NCBI GenBank assembly: GCA_951406725.2
Contig: OX597815.1
Span: forward strand, 93,806,001 to 93,870,000
Origin: Octopus vulgaris
Taxonomy: Eukaryota
Length of the DNA: 64,000 bases
Reading direction: 5' to 3'
Shown here: positions 36,562-50,750 of the stretch, in pieces
How positions within the stretch are numbered: position 1 is the stretch's first letter
How the letters are laid out: each line of letters opens with the position of its first letter
Translations under genes and position numbers: made by a program
Notes under the pieces: generated by a model
Databases searched by the model: none
Told to the model about the DNA's origin: nothing
What the model saw: only the letters and a program-made list of their open reading frames with translations

Positions 36562-38669
36562 GTAAACTGCATTTTGTTTTCGCTAACCGTGAGGAAATTC
36601 TCTCTCCCTCTCCTTCACACCTCATAAACTAAGAACCAACAAGGGATCCCCCTCGCGGTTACTTGGCCTGCTAGAATTAACAGTCACATCTTCAAAATAA
36701 AGGAAGTTAAATTAGATAATGCAAAATAGATATACTGTTTGAAACAGGTGGGTTAGTCATGACTAAACTGCCTTTGATCATAGGTCGGCAGAATCCTTGC
36801 TAGCCTGGATCTAATTGTTTATAAAGTTCATATTCCATTACGCTACAGTTTCAATAATGACTATTCTAGTCGTTCAATCAACTAAATTGCTCATGGAAGT
36901 ATTTCATTGACACTTTGTACTCTTAACTTAATCTTCCGTCAGAACTAGTGTGATAGTGTATGACAAGGCTAGCCCTTTCTATTACAGATACAGTTCATCG
37001 TGCTAACTTTCTCTTAATTTCTGTGTGCCCAATTTCACTGACAAGCTTTGTGTTGGCAGAGTTTATTGTAGAAGGCGTTTGCTAAAAGAGCTGCACAATG
37101 TGACGGAAATGAGTATTTGGAACTTGAGGCTGAGGTTGGGATCAGTCGCTTTAAATCTCCCCATCTCCGTGAGTCGAAAAGTGGAGGAACACTGTCCCTC
37201 AACATTTTCCGTGGTTGAACACGATTGCCGAGCGAACATCAGCGGGGCATCTGTTGTTACGAGTCTAAACAATAACACTCACCCTATATATTCCAAAGTT
37301 AGAATTTTGTGTTCATACTTCCTTCTTTTGTGGAATAAGATTTATCTGTGAAACAGCTTTTCGTCCCCCAATTTCTTTAACTTTTATTATTGTTTTTCAT
37401 CTTGTGGGAAAATAAACATGTAGCGTTTACGTACGTATGTTACATTCATACCAGCTTGCCTAAATACATAGACACACACACATACACACACTGACTACCT
37501 GTTGAGTTGTACTTTCCTAGTTACTGAGTTGTACTTTACCAGTAATTTTGATGTATCGAATGTAAAAGTGACGAAATGTAGTCATTGACTTATTGCAGAT
37601 TTTATTCTTTTGTTATGTACGTAAACATAACTACGATGTGTTGGAAAAGAAGTATAAGTTTGTTTACATGGAAAATTTCTTTTGTTCAGTCAGTATACTT
37701 ATTGTAATTTAAACAAAAATAAAGAGAACTAATTCGGAGCGGCCAGCGACATGTACTTGGTATGTAACCAGTGCCGGAAGCACACGGCCCCGTTTCACCA
37801 GGTGTATATGTGGGGGGGGGGGGGCATCTTCCCGTCCAAGATCTTTTTTAAGATGAATTTCCTGAGCACGTATCATAACTTAATTAGCATAGGGCCTCAT
37901 TTGTCCTAAATTTGGAACTGTGTACCATAGATAAATATACGTATATCAAATACCTTACTTCATCCTTCGCAAAATCATCCAATTCCTTAATTTCCATTGT
38001 TCCAGCCAGAATACTGAACTTCTCATACAGTATTATAAATTAATCTTTTCATGTGTTTTATTATGATAACTGAATAAAATATGCATGCACATTTATAATA
38101 AATAAAATAAGTAAATCTACAGTAATAGAAACTTGACAAAGGATAGCTAATAATAGTTTAATAATAATAATAGATAATGAACGAATAAAATCCAGAAACT
38201 GAGAAGTGGGTATACGTCGTACCCCAATATATCCTCTCTATTTCCAACATTGCTCCATTGTACACACACACACACCTACACAGGTGTGAAATTTGTTGTG
38301 AAGGTTTTTTCCTTGGATGAAAGACACGAGTTTCTGAAAATCGATTTTATTTCCTCGTAACTTTCCGAAAAATGAATATTTTTTAAATGAAATTTTCTAC
38401 AAATACCCTTCTGGCGTGTAGATTACGATTATATCGAAATGTAATGTGAGAAGAAAATTGGTAGACACACACACATACAAAATGACATACATTACATATA
38501 TATCTACAATATGAAACTTGAAATTTTGGAAAAATTGTAGTATCCGGTTTTCTGAAAGATATGAAGAAACAAAGTTGGTGAGGATGTTACACTTCTGTAG
38601 GTATGCTTATATATAGTGTAAAGAGAACAGAATAAGAATATTAGGAATGACAAAGATATTAAATAGAAA

Positions 38670-39320
38670 AAATGGTTAATGTTGACAATGTTACCCGCAA
38701 ATGAAATCGAAAATAAAATATGGCAACGGGTGTAAAATAAAGGTGTAGGAAATCTATCTATTTATATAGTAGAAGGACTCGAACCCTTCAAAGCCTAATT
38801 TGTGATTTCAAAAGGATTCTATTTTCCTCAAAGTTACGAGTGAAAAATTTGGATCTTGTGAATTTTCCGAAGTCCTCTCCCACCCCTGTTGCTTTTTGTG
38901 TATTTTTTTTTCAGATTTGTTTCCTATGTGGCTGTGAAGTAGAAATATATCCATTTTCCTCAAAGTTACGAGGAAAAAACATCGGATCTTTGTGAATTTT
39001 TCGAAGTCCTCTCCCCATCTCCTCGAAAAAGATTTTTTCCCACAAATTTCTTTATAATCGTAATCTATACCGTTTGAAAGGTATTTATATAAAATTTCAT
39101 CAAAAAAAAAAAACAAAAAAAAACATTTTCCGAAAAGTTATGAGGGAAAAACATTGGATCTTGTGAATTTTCTGAAGGCCTTTCTCCCTCCACCACCACC
39201 CCCCGTTGCTTTCCAGGAGTTTTTGTTTTTATATTCGTTTCCTACACCTTTTTTTTACATCCGTTGCACTATTTTATTTTCGATTTCGTTTCCGGGTAAT
39301 AATGTCAACATTAACCGAAA
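38670..39320. repeat. Inverted-repeat element remnant with internal ~130-150-bp tandem units
   Basis: GGTTAATGTTGACAATG...GGTGTAGGAAA (~38673-38752) is inverted at ~39238-39316. Repeated AAAGTTACGAG...GGATCTTGTGAATTTT units lie between. Confidence 0.55.
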
Positions 39321-39419
39321 AATATGTAACGACAAAAAAAATGTGTTACTAGATATATTAAAGAAACAGAATTTTCAATAGAATAGTTCTCAGCCAAAAT
39401 CTAGTGATACTTGTTTGTG

Positions 39420-40020
39420 TTGCCCATTACATCTACAATAGCAGCCTTCAATGAGCTGCCGGTATTGAGGCTGCTGGTTAATAATTCTCTCGGTCACACC
39501 TCAGATATAGTAGTCCTATGAGTTCTGATCAAGAAGACTAAGAGGCCACATAAAAATTTCTGGTCAGCTCCTCCTGGGTCATGAGAGCCATGCTGGAGGA
39601 AGTAGAGTTCTACCAAAACACAGTCTTTTTTGGATCACTCCTCAACCCAAGACTTGACCATCAGGTGTAACATCTTGATATGGGTGGTGGCATTAATCCT
39701 GAGGTCCTGCAGGAAGAAGTGAGGTGGCATGACATGGCTATTGTTTCTCACGACACTCAGGCTCATCTGAGACAACAGGAACTTGGTTTGTATCACCATG
39801 AGTTCTTCTGTAAGGTCCACGTATAGCCATCTGTCATTCTTCTTGTTCACATTCTGGTTCTGGTTGAAGTTATTCTCATTGAAGAAAAGACAGGGCATGA
39901 AAGGATGTTTGGAGTGCTTGAGTTTATCTAACAAGCAATTTCATGGTTCCTACAGGACACAAACTGCCCTCATCATATAGAAGTTGTATTTGATGTACTT
40001 GTGCATCACACATCTGAGAG
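39420..40020 (-). mobile_element. Degenerate mariner/maT-like transposase fragment
   Basis: VVRNNSHVMPPHFF..LRINA...VKSWVE and WPLSLLDQNS*DYYI*G (cf. WPPNSPDLNPLDYYVWG). Confidence 0.65.
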
Positions 40021-40029
40021 TGTTATTAA

Positions 40030-41635
40030 CCATGCTCTGTACATCATTCCATGCCGCTGCTATGTTCTGTACAGCCTTGTAGATATTGTATCTCTTACAA
40101 AAGTCACGAAGTGTGATGGACTCATCAAGATCAGTTGCAGCTATTGCTTGCTGTAGCGTACGCTTCATATAGTAATGCTTGAAGATAGCAATTATTCCCT
40201 GATCCATTGGCTACAGAAAAGAAGTGGTGTTCAGAGGGAGGTATACAATGGTAATGTTGGGGTCAAAATCTACGATGTTTTGCGGGTAGCCAGGAGTATT
40301 ATCTAAAATAAGTAAAACCTTGAAAGGAATTCCCTTCTGGGATAAAATGACTGAAGGAGCAATCTTCAAAAACAATAACAGTAACCCATGCTTTTGAATT
40401 AGCCATCCATATAACAGGGAGAGATGCCTTGGGTATGTTCTTCAGGGCATGTGGGTTGTGTGCATGATGCACAAGCAATGGCTTTAACTCCTGCATAATT
40501 ACCTCCCAACATAATGGATACACGTTCTTTTGAGACCTTGTAGCCTGGAATAGTTTTCTTCTCCTTTGGAAATGAATGAACGGTCTGGCAATTTTATCCA
40601 ATCTAATCCAGTTTCGTCTATGGTAAAAATTTGTTCAGGAAGAAACCCGTTTTCTTCAATGATTTTCTTTAATGCATTAGGAAATTCCTCTGCTGCTTGT
40701 TCATCAGCTGATGCGCTTTCACCTTGCTTCTTAATGGAGTGATAACTTCTTCACTCCCTAAATCTCATGAACCATCTTTGACTTGCCTTGAACTCTACAT
40801 CTTTCTCATCTGAATATTTTTTCTTCGGGTCTTCAAACAAAGACAACGCTTTCTCTTGAATAATTTCTTAACTAATAGTAGCATGCTGATGATTCAACCT
40901 AAAAATCTAAAGAAAAAGAAGACTTTCCATTTCTTCAAAGATTTTGCCGCTTTTCTTATTGATGGCAATATTCTTCATCCCTGGAGCTTCAGATTTGATA
41001 TGTGCTAAAATCTTGTCCTTATTATGTATAGTGGTTGATAAAGTTGTCCAACTCATCCCAAAAGATCGTGCAATTGCTACCACTTTTTCACCTTTTTCAT
41101 GGCATTTTATCATAGCCAGTTTATCTTCCAGCATTATAACATGATGTTTAGCACTTTCACTATGAATTTTCTAAGGAGTCATGGGGGTAGAAAATAATGT
41201 CACAAATGAATGAGAATGAGAAAGTAGCTGATAAACAGATGTAAACAAATCTTAATTCAAAACAATTGCGGGAATCACGTGTGACAACACCTAATGTATT
41301 GGAAATACAGTGCAAAATGAGCTCCAAAAGACCGATAAATAAGACAACACAACTGATTTCATGATTCCGTTCACTAAGCTACACTACTTTATGATGTGTA
41401 TCTTTACATTTACTTACTGTATGTATTTTAATAAGATTTTATATGCTTTTATTCTTATTTATTGTACAGTAACATGATTTTATGTGCTTTTAATGGGTTT
41501 TTTAATGATGTAGCAGGCAGACGTAAAGTCAAGTAAAAGTAAAACTTGATTTTTATTTTTCTATATATTATTTATGAAAATGACGTATAATCGAGAATGA
41601 CTTAAATCAAAACAACTTACATTGACGTATGCCTG
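40030..41635 (-). mobile_element. Tigger/pogo DNA transposon, 3'-truncated, pseudogenised transposase
   Basis: TA|CAGGCATACGTC terminus at 41635. CENP-B-like HTH (LEDKLAMIK...MSWTTLSTTI); DDE-region peptides KPLLV, LPVIWMANSKAWVT, MDQGIIAIFKHYY. Confidence 0.88.
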
Positions 41636-41696
41636 TATATGAAAGAGAGAGAGAGAGCAAGTGACAAAGGTGCACACTATATATATATTGTATGTA

Positions 41697-41760
<64 letters not shown>

Positions 41761-41811
41761 CATTATTGTATATAATGTGTATATATTCATGTATGTTTGT
41801 GTATATATATT

Positions 41812-42095
41812 TTAAGAAAATCAGGTAGTTAGGATTTTGGATAATTATTTAGCACTTTCATCTCTTATTGAGAGATTCATCATGAATGATTTATTTACAG
41901 AAAATTCATACCGTGTTTGTGAGTTAGCTGAAAAAAATCCAGAGTCAAATTCTACTTCAGATTTTTTCAACTAACTGACATATATATATAAAAAGCATGA
42001 ATTTTCTGTAAATAAATCATTTATGATGAATCTCTCAAAATGAGATGACAACACTAAAGTATTATCCAAAATCTTGTCTACTTCCTTATTCTTAA
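41812..42095. repeat. ~280-bp foldback element (TTAA...TTAA)
   Basis: Arms TTAAGAA...GGATTTTGGATAAT...GAGAGATTCATCAT...TTTACAGAAAATTCAT mirrored by ATGAATTTTCTGTAAA...ATGATGAATCTCTC...ATTATCCAAAATC...TTCTTAA. Confidence 0.85.
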
Positions 42096-43362
42096 TATGT
42101 ACAATTTTCTACAGCTCTGGGATAACACAGAATTGGAAGAAGAATGAAAGCTAACAAGGAAATTCATTAGAAGTTAAACTATTAACAAAATTCCATAGAT
42201 TAAAATCTGCACTTAGTAAGCAACAATAAATATTATTTTACAATTTGATTCACATATGTTAAATTGCTGTATATCTTCAATGTTAGAAACAAATGGAATG
42301 AATATTTTGCTTCTGACAAATACTGATACTACTTCATTAGAATTTCTTTTTTTCTTCAAAACCATCAATCTCTGTAAAAATAATTTTTCAACAAATTTTT
42401 CAATTTCTATATTTCTCTTACAATAGCATTATTTTTTTAATGTCAAACATTTAGTGTTGAAAATGTGGAATATTTCTTGTGGCCCTAGTTATCAATGAAC
42501 TATATACGTATATTCCTTGCTGCTGTTAAATACAATTAAAATAAACATTATATTTGATACAGCTGTTGGGTTTGACCTGAAAGAAAACTGAAATTTTAAT
42601 CTTTTATTCTGCAATCCACTTTTGTTATGTCTTATTAACATCTTGTCTGAGAATGAAAGGGTTGAGGGATTGTGCTTAGGGCATCTGTTGACCTTAATCT
42701 GGCCTTGATTTGTGTGTGTGTGTGTGTGTTTAAGTACATATTTTTGTTGATATATAGATTAGTATATGTGTACATTGGAACAATATTTTCATATATATAT
42801 ATATATTCACTCACACACATACACACACTCATACACACTTATCATCATCATCATTTAGCGTCCATTTTCCATGCTGGTATGGGTTGAACAGTTTAATGAC
42901 AGGAGCTGAACTAGGCCCAATATTTCTTTTCTTTTACTTTACTGGTTTCAGTCAGAGGCTGAGGCCATGCTGGGGCACCACCTTTTGCATGATTAGTTTT
43001 CTTTCTGGAATTGTTTCTAGTGAAACAGTGAATTGGATTGAGCTGTTCCTTTTTGTTTCCTGCTACAAAGTTCAGACTGGATAGGTTTAGGTGTCATCTA
43101 TGTGAAAAATACCTTTGATTAATATTGGACTACATATTGCTTGTTCTACTAATCTTTTACTCTTTTACTTGTTTCAGTCATTTGACTGTGGCCATGCTGG
43201 AGTACTGCCTTTAGTCGAGCAAACCGCTCCCAGGACTTAATCTTTGTGAGCCTAGTACTTATTCTGTCAGTCTCTTTTGCCGAGCTGCTAAGTTATGGGG
43301 ACGTAAACACACCACCATCGGTTGTAAAGCGATGTTGGAGGGACAAACACAGACACACAAAC

Positions 43363-43413
<51 letters not shown>

Positions 43414-43546
43414 CATATATTAATATATCAATATATATATATGTATATATATGTATATCATCATCATCATCATCGTTTAGCGTCTGTTTTCCATGCTAGC
43501 ATGGGTTGGACAATATATGTATATATATATATATATATATATGTAC

Positions 43547-43579
<33 letters not shown>

Positions 43580-43599
43580 TGTATATACATATATATACA

Positions 43600-43636
<37 letters not shown>

Positions 43637-43726
43637 GTGTGTATATATATAGGGGTTGTAAATCCAACCCTCTATGGGATAACGTATATCCAATATACTG
43701 CTAGTGAAGTACCCAACAAAGTATAT

Positions 43727-43891
43727 CATCATCATCATCATCATCATCGTTTAACGTCCGCTTTCCATGCTAGCATGGGTTGGACGGTTCAACTGGGGTC
43801 TGGGAAGCCCGAAGGCTGCACCAGGCCAGTCAGATGTGGCAGTGTTTCTACAGCTGGATGCCCTTCCTAACGCCAACCACTCCGAGTATAT
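43727..43891 (-). mobile_element. Severely 5'-truncated RTE/SINE tail insertion flanked by a 34-bp direct repeat
   Basis: ATATACTGCTAGTGAAGTACCCAACAAAGTATAT at 43693-43726 and 43892-43925 flanks a near-consensus tail. Confidence 0.85.
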
Positions 43892-46800
43892 ATATACTGC
43901 TAGTGAAGTACCCAACAAAGTATATATGTGTATGTGTTTTTCATGAGTATTTGGAGGATATAATGAAAATAATAATATTAATAATGATAATAGGTTAAAC
44001 AGAATCAGAACAAAAGAAAGTGATAAGGGATAGTGGGTTTTGAAACAAGTAGGGCTGAGTCTTTGAAGGAGATAGTGGGGGTGGGGAAGATGCAGCCATC
44101 TAAATAAAAATAAACTGTTACCTCCTCTGGCAACAAAGGAATTCTCTCTGTGAGTGAATAGTAGATTGTATGAGGCTTGTGTATGGAGTGGCATATTTCA
44201 TGGTGACAAAACATGGGTGCTAAATGCAGAGAATATGCAAAAACAGAGCATTACTTGCTGAACATCCCATTGAATGATTGAGCACAAATGAGCTGAGAGA
44301 AAATCTGAGTGTAATTGAAAACATCTGTAGTGTGCTGCTATGAATATGTGATGTATACTAATGATGTTCTCAGGTTGTGAACCTTGTGAACTAGGTGGAT
44401 GAACACATCAGTTGATCAACCTCTTGCAAAAATATTGACTCTTGCATTACTTTTGTTATTGGAGCCTTCTAAACTATATTGTATGTGCTAGAGGGTTGAT
44501 GACTAAATGTTTGAAAGTTTCCACTATTAAATTGCATGTTGTTTACATCTGTACACTTATTCAGCATCATGATTTTAGTTACTTTTGATATGTTGGGATG
44601 ATCAGCGCATATAGAAAATGTCTAACAGAGCTATTACATACAGTTATAGGTCCAAGAGTGTTCCTACTCAGAATTGTTTGAATGTTTTTAAAGGGTACTG
44701 TTGTTTGAAAAATCTTTATCTATCTCTCTTAATAAGATGTATAACCACTCCCTTTACTTTTAGTTAAAGGTTAAGTTTATCATATCTTTATTTTGACTGT
44801 TTGAGTAGCTTTATCTTGTTTACCAATTGGCAAGTCATTCTCCTTAAAGAACATAATCAATTTCTCTTTGATAATTTTACACCATGATTTGCTGCTATGT
44901 CAAATTAATTTAGAAGCTTGCTGTTTCCAAGAATGCTTTAGTTGAGTATCTCAAGTGGTTTGATTGGCCTCTTTTACAAGTCACTTTGTAGTCTTTCACC
45001 CAAGTTTTTATAACTTCAGCTGGCTGCTGAAAAGTCACATTCACCTTCTCAGCTCACAAATGAATAAAGTCCATAAAAGCATAAAGTCACTCATGTAAAA
45101 GTTCAACATATTTTGACAGACATTGACCCAATTGTCTATGAAAATGAGGACTATTAGAAGACAGAGTAAGTTTGATAGGTATCCTGAAAGTGTGACTTTG
45201 ATGGGCCTCCTTAAGATAGCTTTGCAGTTACCTAAACAGTTTCCTACAGATCGACTGATTTCAGTTTCTTGCAAATTCTGTTGTAATAGACTGTTCTTCA
45301 GTGTTCCTTAGATGTTAAGGACTAACATGTATTTCCTTATCCATGTCTGAGTGATTGTTCCATATCTGAGAAAGGATAGTGGGACCTGTTGTACTCTAGT
45401 ATTGTCAGAAGCCAAATTGTCATCAAGAAATGAGTTCATTTTTCAGCAGTTATTTACTGATTACTGATTCCATTACTTTACTTGTGACTATTAAATAAAA
45501 GATTAAAGGGTTAGATGGGTGCTGATGGAGGGGCAAAACCCCCTGAAATATGGCATATATGCCCATTACCTTTTTTCGTTTTTGATCTCAATGTTTGTTT
45601 ACATTTGACATCTTGGAAACAAAATGTCATAACAAAAATTAGTGCTGGCTATAATTTCTATAGAATATCTGTCGAGATAACCTTAATAAGTGATCTCAAG
45701 TAAAGATATGTGTTAGTCGTTTGGGGCTCTTCTTTAAAATCCACCTTATGTATAGATGTCACAGGAAATATAGGTTTGGACATGTGCTGTAAGGCAGCAC
45801 TTAAATAGGTAACATGAGAAACTAACCCATCCTTACAGTACTTCTTCAGGACTTTGGTTGTTGTATGACCAGAATTGGTGGTTTTGCTGACTTGTCTTTA
45901 TGATGTCTTTTGAGTTGAAAATTATCCCTTATTATGTTGCCTGGTGTTGGTGGGGGATCCTTTTTACAATTACTTTTGTAGATTTTTCCTTTTGTTGCTA
46001 AGTATGCAGGATCAGTGGCTAATATGGGAGTGTCCTGTTCTAGAAGAAGGAGAGAGAGAGTTTACAATGCTCTACCAGTTTAGCTGCTAATATTGTCATT
46101 CATCAAGTCTATCTTCATTCTGGTATTGTTTTCTTTTCATCAGATTCTTTTCCTGTTTGTGGCTGTATCTTGCTTGTGTGACCTTTCATTTATTCTTTTT
46201 CAGTTGATGGCAGAGGAGATAATTCTTTCAGGTTCTCTGTGCTTGTCATTTGAAAGGATAAACCCATAACATTTTATATAGTTGTTATATCCCAAATGCA
46301 TACCTTTTTTAGGATCCTTTACCAGTCATTTAATTTAAAGTGTCATTTCATCTCCCAAAAGTTTGCTCTTTTGTAGTATCAACCCTTTCTGTTCATAGTA
46401 TTGTAGGACATACGAGTTCACCTGCACTGAGGTGCCCAGATATAATTGAGTTGTGGTAAGTGCAGGTAAGTTTGTCAGACAAAATCAAAAATAGTCTTCC
46501 CTTTTTAGTTATTAAGGATCTGCTGTAGTGTTCAATAGCCAGCAGTATCCACTGTTTGCTTCCCAAGTCAGTCCTGATGATAGACATTAATGTTTCCTCA
46601 AAGCATAACATATAATGCTCCAAACTCATTCCTATGAAAGATTGGTCAGATAAGAAGCTTGTGAAAGCAGATAGCAATAGTGTACCATTTAAGTACCATG
46701 TCCTTTGGATCTCTACTTGCCTTTGAGTATGTGAACTTCTGATACCCTAACTGAATCTTAATATCATTACATAAAGTAATTTGGATCCAATATCATCACA

Positions 46801-49800
46801 TAAACTAGTTTGGATCTATGATATACTCGGCTCTATCAGTTAAATCTCTATTGCTTTTACTGTTGACAGTTTTACTGAAGACATAAATTTCAATGTCTGC
46901 CCATTTTAGATCTTAGGCTATAAACATTCTGGTACCTAAGTGGTTATTTAGTCACAAGTCAATCCTGATTGAAGGCTTCATTTATGGTCAAATGCATTCC
47001 AGCTAAAACTATCCCATTTTGTTACATATTTAGGACTACATTTTTCCAATGTGTCCTTGCCTGTTTAAGACACTGATGTATGTAACCTGAAACTGTTGCT
47101 TCTATTTATAGTAGGGCAAGGAACTATGTAGCAACTTACTTATTGACTCATCATTTAATGATTTGAAATGGGTGAAGGAGAAAAATAGAAAAATTCTTCT
47201 CCCTTTTCTAGTTTAATGAAAGAAATAATATCAGGCAAAGTCATTTTTACAAAAGACCAGATTCACTAATCATGACATGTTCCCATTCAAGTTTTACTGT
47301 TTTGATTTTTCAATTATGTCCCCTATTGTTCATGACAAGAATTATCACTAGCACTAATATTTTTTTACTTTTCATTAGAGTTGTAATTTTAGTTGATTTA
47401 AATGTATATTTCCTCACGGATTTATGAAAGTCTTTATCTACTCTTAAAAACCCTTTTGATAACTGAAGAACATAGATAAAACACTTCATATGTATGATTT
47501 CCTCTTCCCTTTCATATCTGGTTCAAATTTTCTTAGTAATAATTGCATTACAAGTTAACCAAAGAGATAACAGTTTGACAGATCTATTCATGTAGATCAT
47601 TCGATACCAAAGTTATCAATTTTTTTATTTGGTGGGGTTGGGGGTTTGTTTAATTTCTTATCATATCTCTCCTTTTCACATTATTCTCATATAGTAAATA
47701 TACATTTTAAAATATTTGTATATTATGGCCAGAAAAAAGATGGAATGGTCATGAGTGGAATGTTTTTGATCATAATTCTGCTTAATTAGGACCAATTAAG
47801 GACTAACCAACAACATTTATAGTCACCATTTATTAATAAATGGGCTTCTTTAATATCACTTTTCCAGTTAGGAATGGCGGCCAAATCTCCTTCAAAATCT
47901 CAAATCTCTGTATCATCTAAAAAAAAAAAAAAGGGTGGGGGTAGCATAATGTAGTTTGTCTGGATAAATGACAGGATAGCCATATCTTGAATAGTTTTCA
48001 GAGGTGTGCTGGATTAGGGCTAAATAACAGCTCAATGAGTGAGAAAAGGGTTGGAGAGAAGGGAAAACTAGCAGATGTTTGAAAGACAGAAAGGGTAACA
48101 AGATGTCTCAAATTAGTGTTTATAACATTTAATATCATTTATATTATTATCTTTTTGACAGGAAGATTTTCTGCACATTGATATGTATGTATTTATATAT
48201 ATGTTTGTATGTATATGTATGAATGTGTGTGAACACGTTTATACATAGTAGATGCAGGCATGGCTGTGTGGTAAGAAGTTTGTTCCCCAACCACATAGTC
48301 CCAGATTCAGTCCCACAATGTGACACCTTGAGCAAGTATCTTTTGCTATATTCCCAGTTTGACGAAAGCATTGAAAGTGGATTTGGGAGCATTCAATCCA
48401 TGCCAGCATGGAAAACGGATATTAAGTGATGATGATGATGAGGAGGATGATGATGAAAGAATCCTGCATTGTATGTGTATACATGTATGTGAGTGTGTGT
48501 GTGAGTGTGTGCATGTGCTTATGCCTTCTTGTCTTGACATTGTGTGATAATTGAAATGAGTGTCATTGTTATACAAGTGTCAGTCATTTCCAGTATTTTG
48601 CTATGGGGAAATATTACCTTACTTGGCAAACAGAGAACAGTTGGTGACATGAAGGACATCTGATGAAAGAAAATCATCCTCAAATAAACTCTGATACATG
48701 CAAGCATGAAAAGGTGGACATTACATTATGATGAGGATATATACACAAATACACACACACACACATGTGCATATAAAATTAGGAAGGGCATCTAGGCATA
48801 GAAACTATGCCAAATCAGACTAGAGTCTGATGCAGCATTCCAGCTGGCCAGCCCTGGTCAAACTGGCCAACCCATACCAGCATGGATAACGGATGTTAAA
48901 TGATGATGATGATGATATATAAACTTCTGTATAATTATGTATTTATAAATGTGTATACATGTATCATCATCATTATCATTTATCATATGTTTTCCATGCT
49001 GGCAGTTTGACTGGAGATGGTAAGTCAGAGAGTTGCACCAGGTTCCAGTCTGTTTTGGCTTGATTTCTATAGCTAGATACCCTTCCCAACACCAACCACT
49101 TCATAGAATGTACTGGATGTCTTTTACATGTCATCAGCATGGATGCCTTTTACATGTCACTGGCACGAGTGCCTTTGATATTGCACTAGCATGGATGTCC
49201 TTTGTGTGCCTCTGGCACGGGTGCCTTTCATGTGTCACCAGCACTGACCAAGAAGTCATAGATCAATCCCACTGTGTGACATCTTGAGTAAGTGTAAATG
49301 ACTGCAACCTCTGGTCAACTCAGGCCTTAAGAGTTAAACTGAGTAACTAGAAACTTTGTGGAAGCTGCCAGATGGACTGTACTTGTAATTGAAGCAGCAA
49401 GTCTTATTACACACTGTGTCATGCCAATTCTGTAAAACACTACACCACTTACAATTTCAGTGAGTTGGCTGTTCAGTTTACTGAGATATAGGAAAATACT
49501 CATTGTCAAAAAAACTAAGTAGACCCATTGCCTTACAAACATTTATGTCTGTATTTGAGGTCAGAGAAGGTTAGAGAAAGGGAAAGCAAGACAGGATTTG
49601 TTGTGTATGTGTGTTTATATATGTGTATGTACAAATACATACACATGCATGCACACACATGCACATGCAAATATATGGGTGTATGCATATAGAGATGTCC
49701 TCATCTATCTGTATTTGTGTGTTAGTATGTACATTTGTGTATGTGAATGCTGTTTGCTTCAAGTCTCATCCATCTTGACTTAAGAGAGAAAGGGGAGTGA

Positions 49801-50709
49801 CAATATAGAGGAGAAACACATTTAGCACTATCAAGAGAAGAGATAAAATACTCATCCATGTAGAAAAAGCACCTGTACTTGTGCCACATAAGAAACACCC
49901 ATGCTGGCCCTACAAAAAAAGCAACTGTGCTACTACCACCTAAAATGCTAGAAGGGTGCTGTGTTGGTGCAACATAAAAAAGCACCCGTGTTGGCCCCAC
50001 ATGAAACAGCATCTGTGCTGGAGTCACATAAAAAAGCACCTGTGCTTGCTCCACACAAAAAGTACGCATGCTGGTGTCATGTAAAATGCATCCACTACAC
50101 TCTGTAAAATGGTTGGCATTAGAAAGGGCTTCCAACCATAGAAACTATGCCAAAACTGACAGGTGCCTACTGCAGCCCTCTGGCCTGTCACCTCCTGATG
50201 AACCGTCCAACCCATGCCAGCATGGAAAATGATGATATTTACATTCCCTATAAGAAAATACTTCAGGAGCATTCTGCATAATAAATACAGATACATTAGA
50301 GTTTCATCTATCCGATATATTAAGTTGAAAAATCTTAAATGGTTCATATTATCAAAGCTATTTCTAGTTAAAAACTTCTTTTCAGAATATTTTTTTAAAA
50401 AACAGATGTTGCTCCATTCAACTACTTAGAGCTGGCTAGTTATCAGCATGCACGCATGTCAACCTGCATTTGCATTTTACCATACTCATATCACAATACA
50501 AAACATGTGGCTACTGACATTAAAAAAAAATTTTTAAGTGAGCTTCTTCACCACACAGCCGTACTTGTGTGTGTGTGTGTGTGTATACATCATCAGCAGA
50601 AGTAGCATTTAAAGTCTATTTTCAAGGTTGACATGGGTCAGACATTTATCTGTTTGTCTGTCCGTCCATATGTATGTATGTATATATGTATATATATATA
50701 TGTATGTAT

Positions 50710-50750
<41 letters not shown>

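Noticed and set aside
37025-37351. 108-aa ORF near the candidate promoter
   Set aside because: The 5' part is a decayed antisense SINE and no protein motif is recognisable.
43246-43870. Long ORFs rich in YI/HT repeats (also 15689-15930, 50628-50888)
   Set aside because: Translations of (TA)n, (CA)n and (CAT)n microsatellites, not proteins.
44300-46900. Possible ancient Penelope-like RT on the minus strand (similar hints at 31800-32500 and 58700-59500)
   Set aside because: Only faint motif echoes, too degenerate to support without a profile search.
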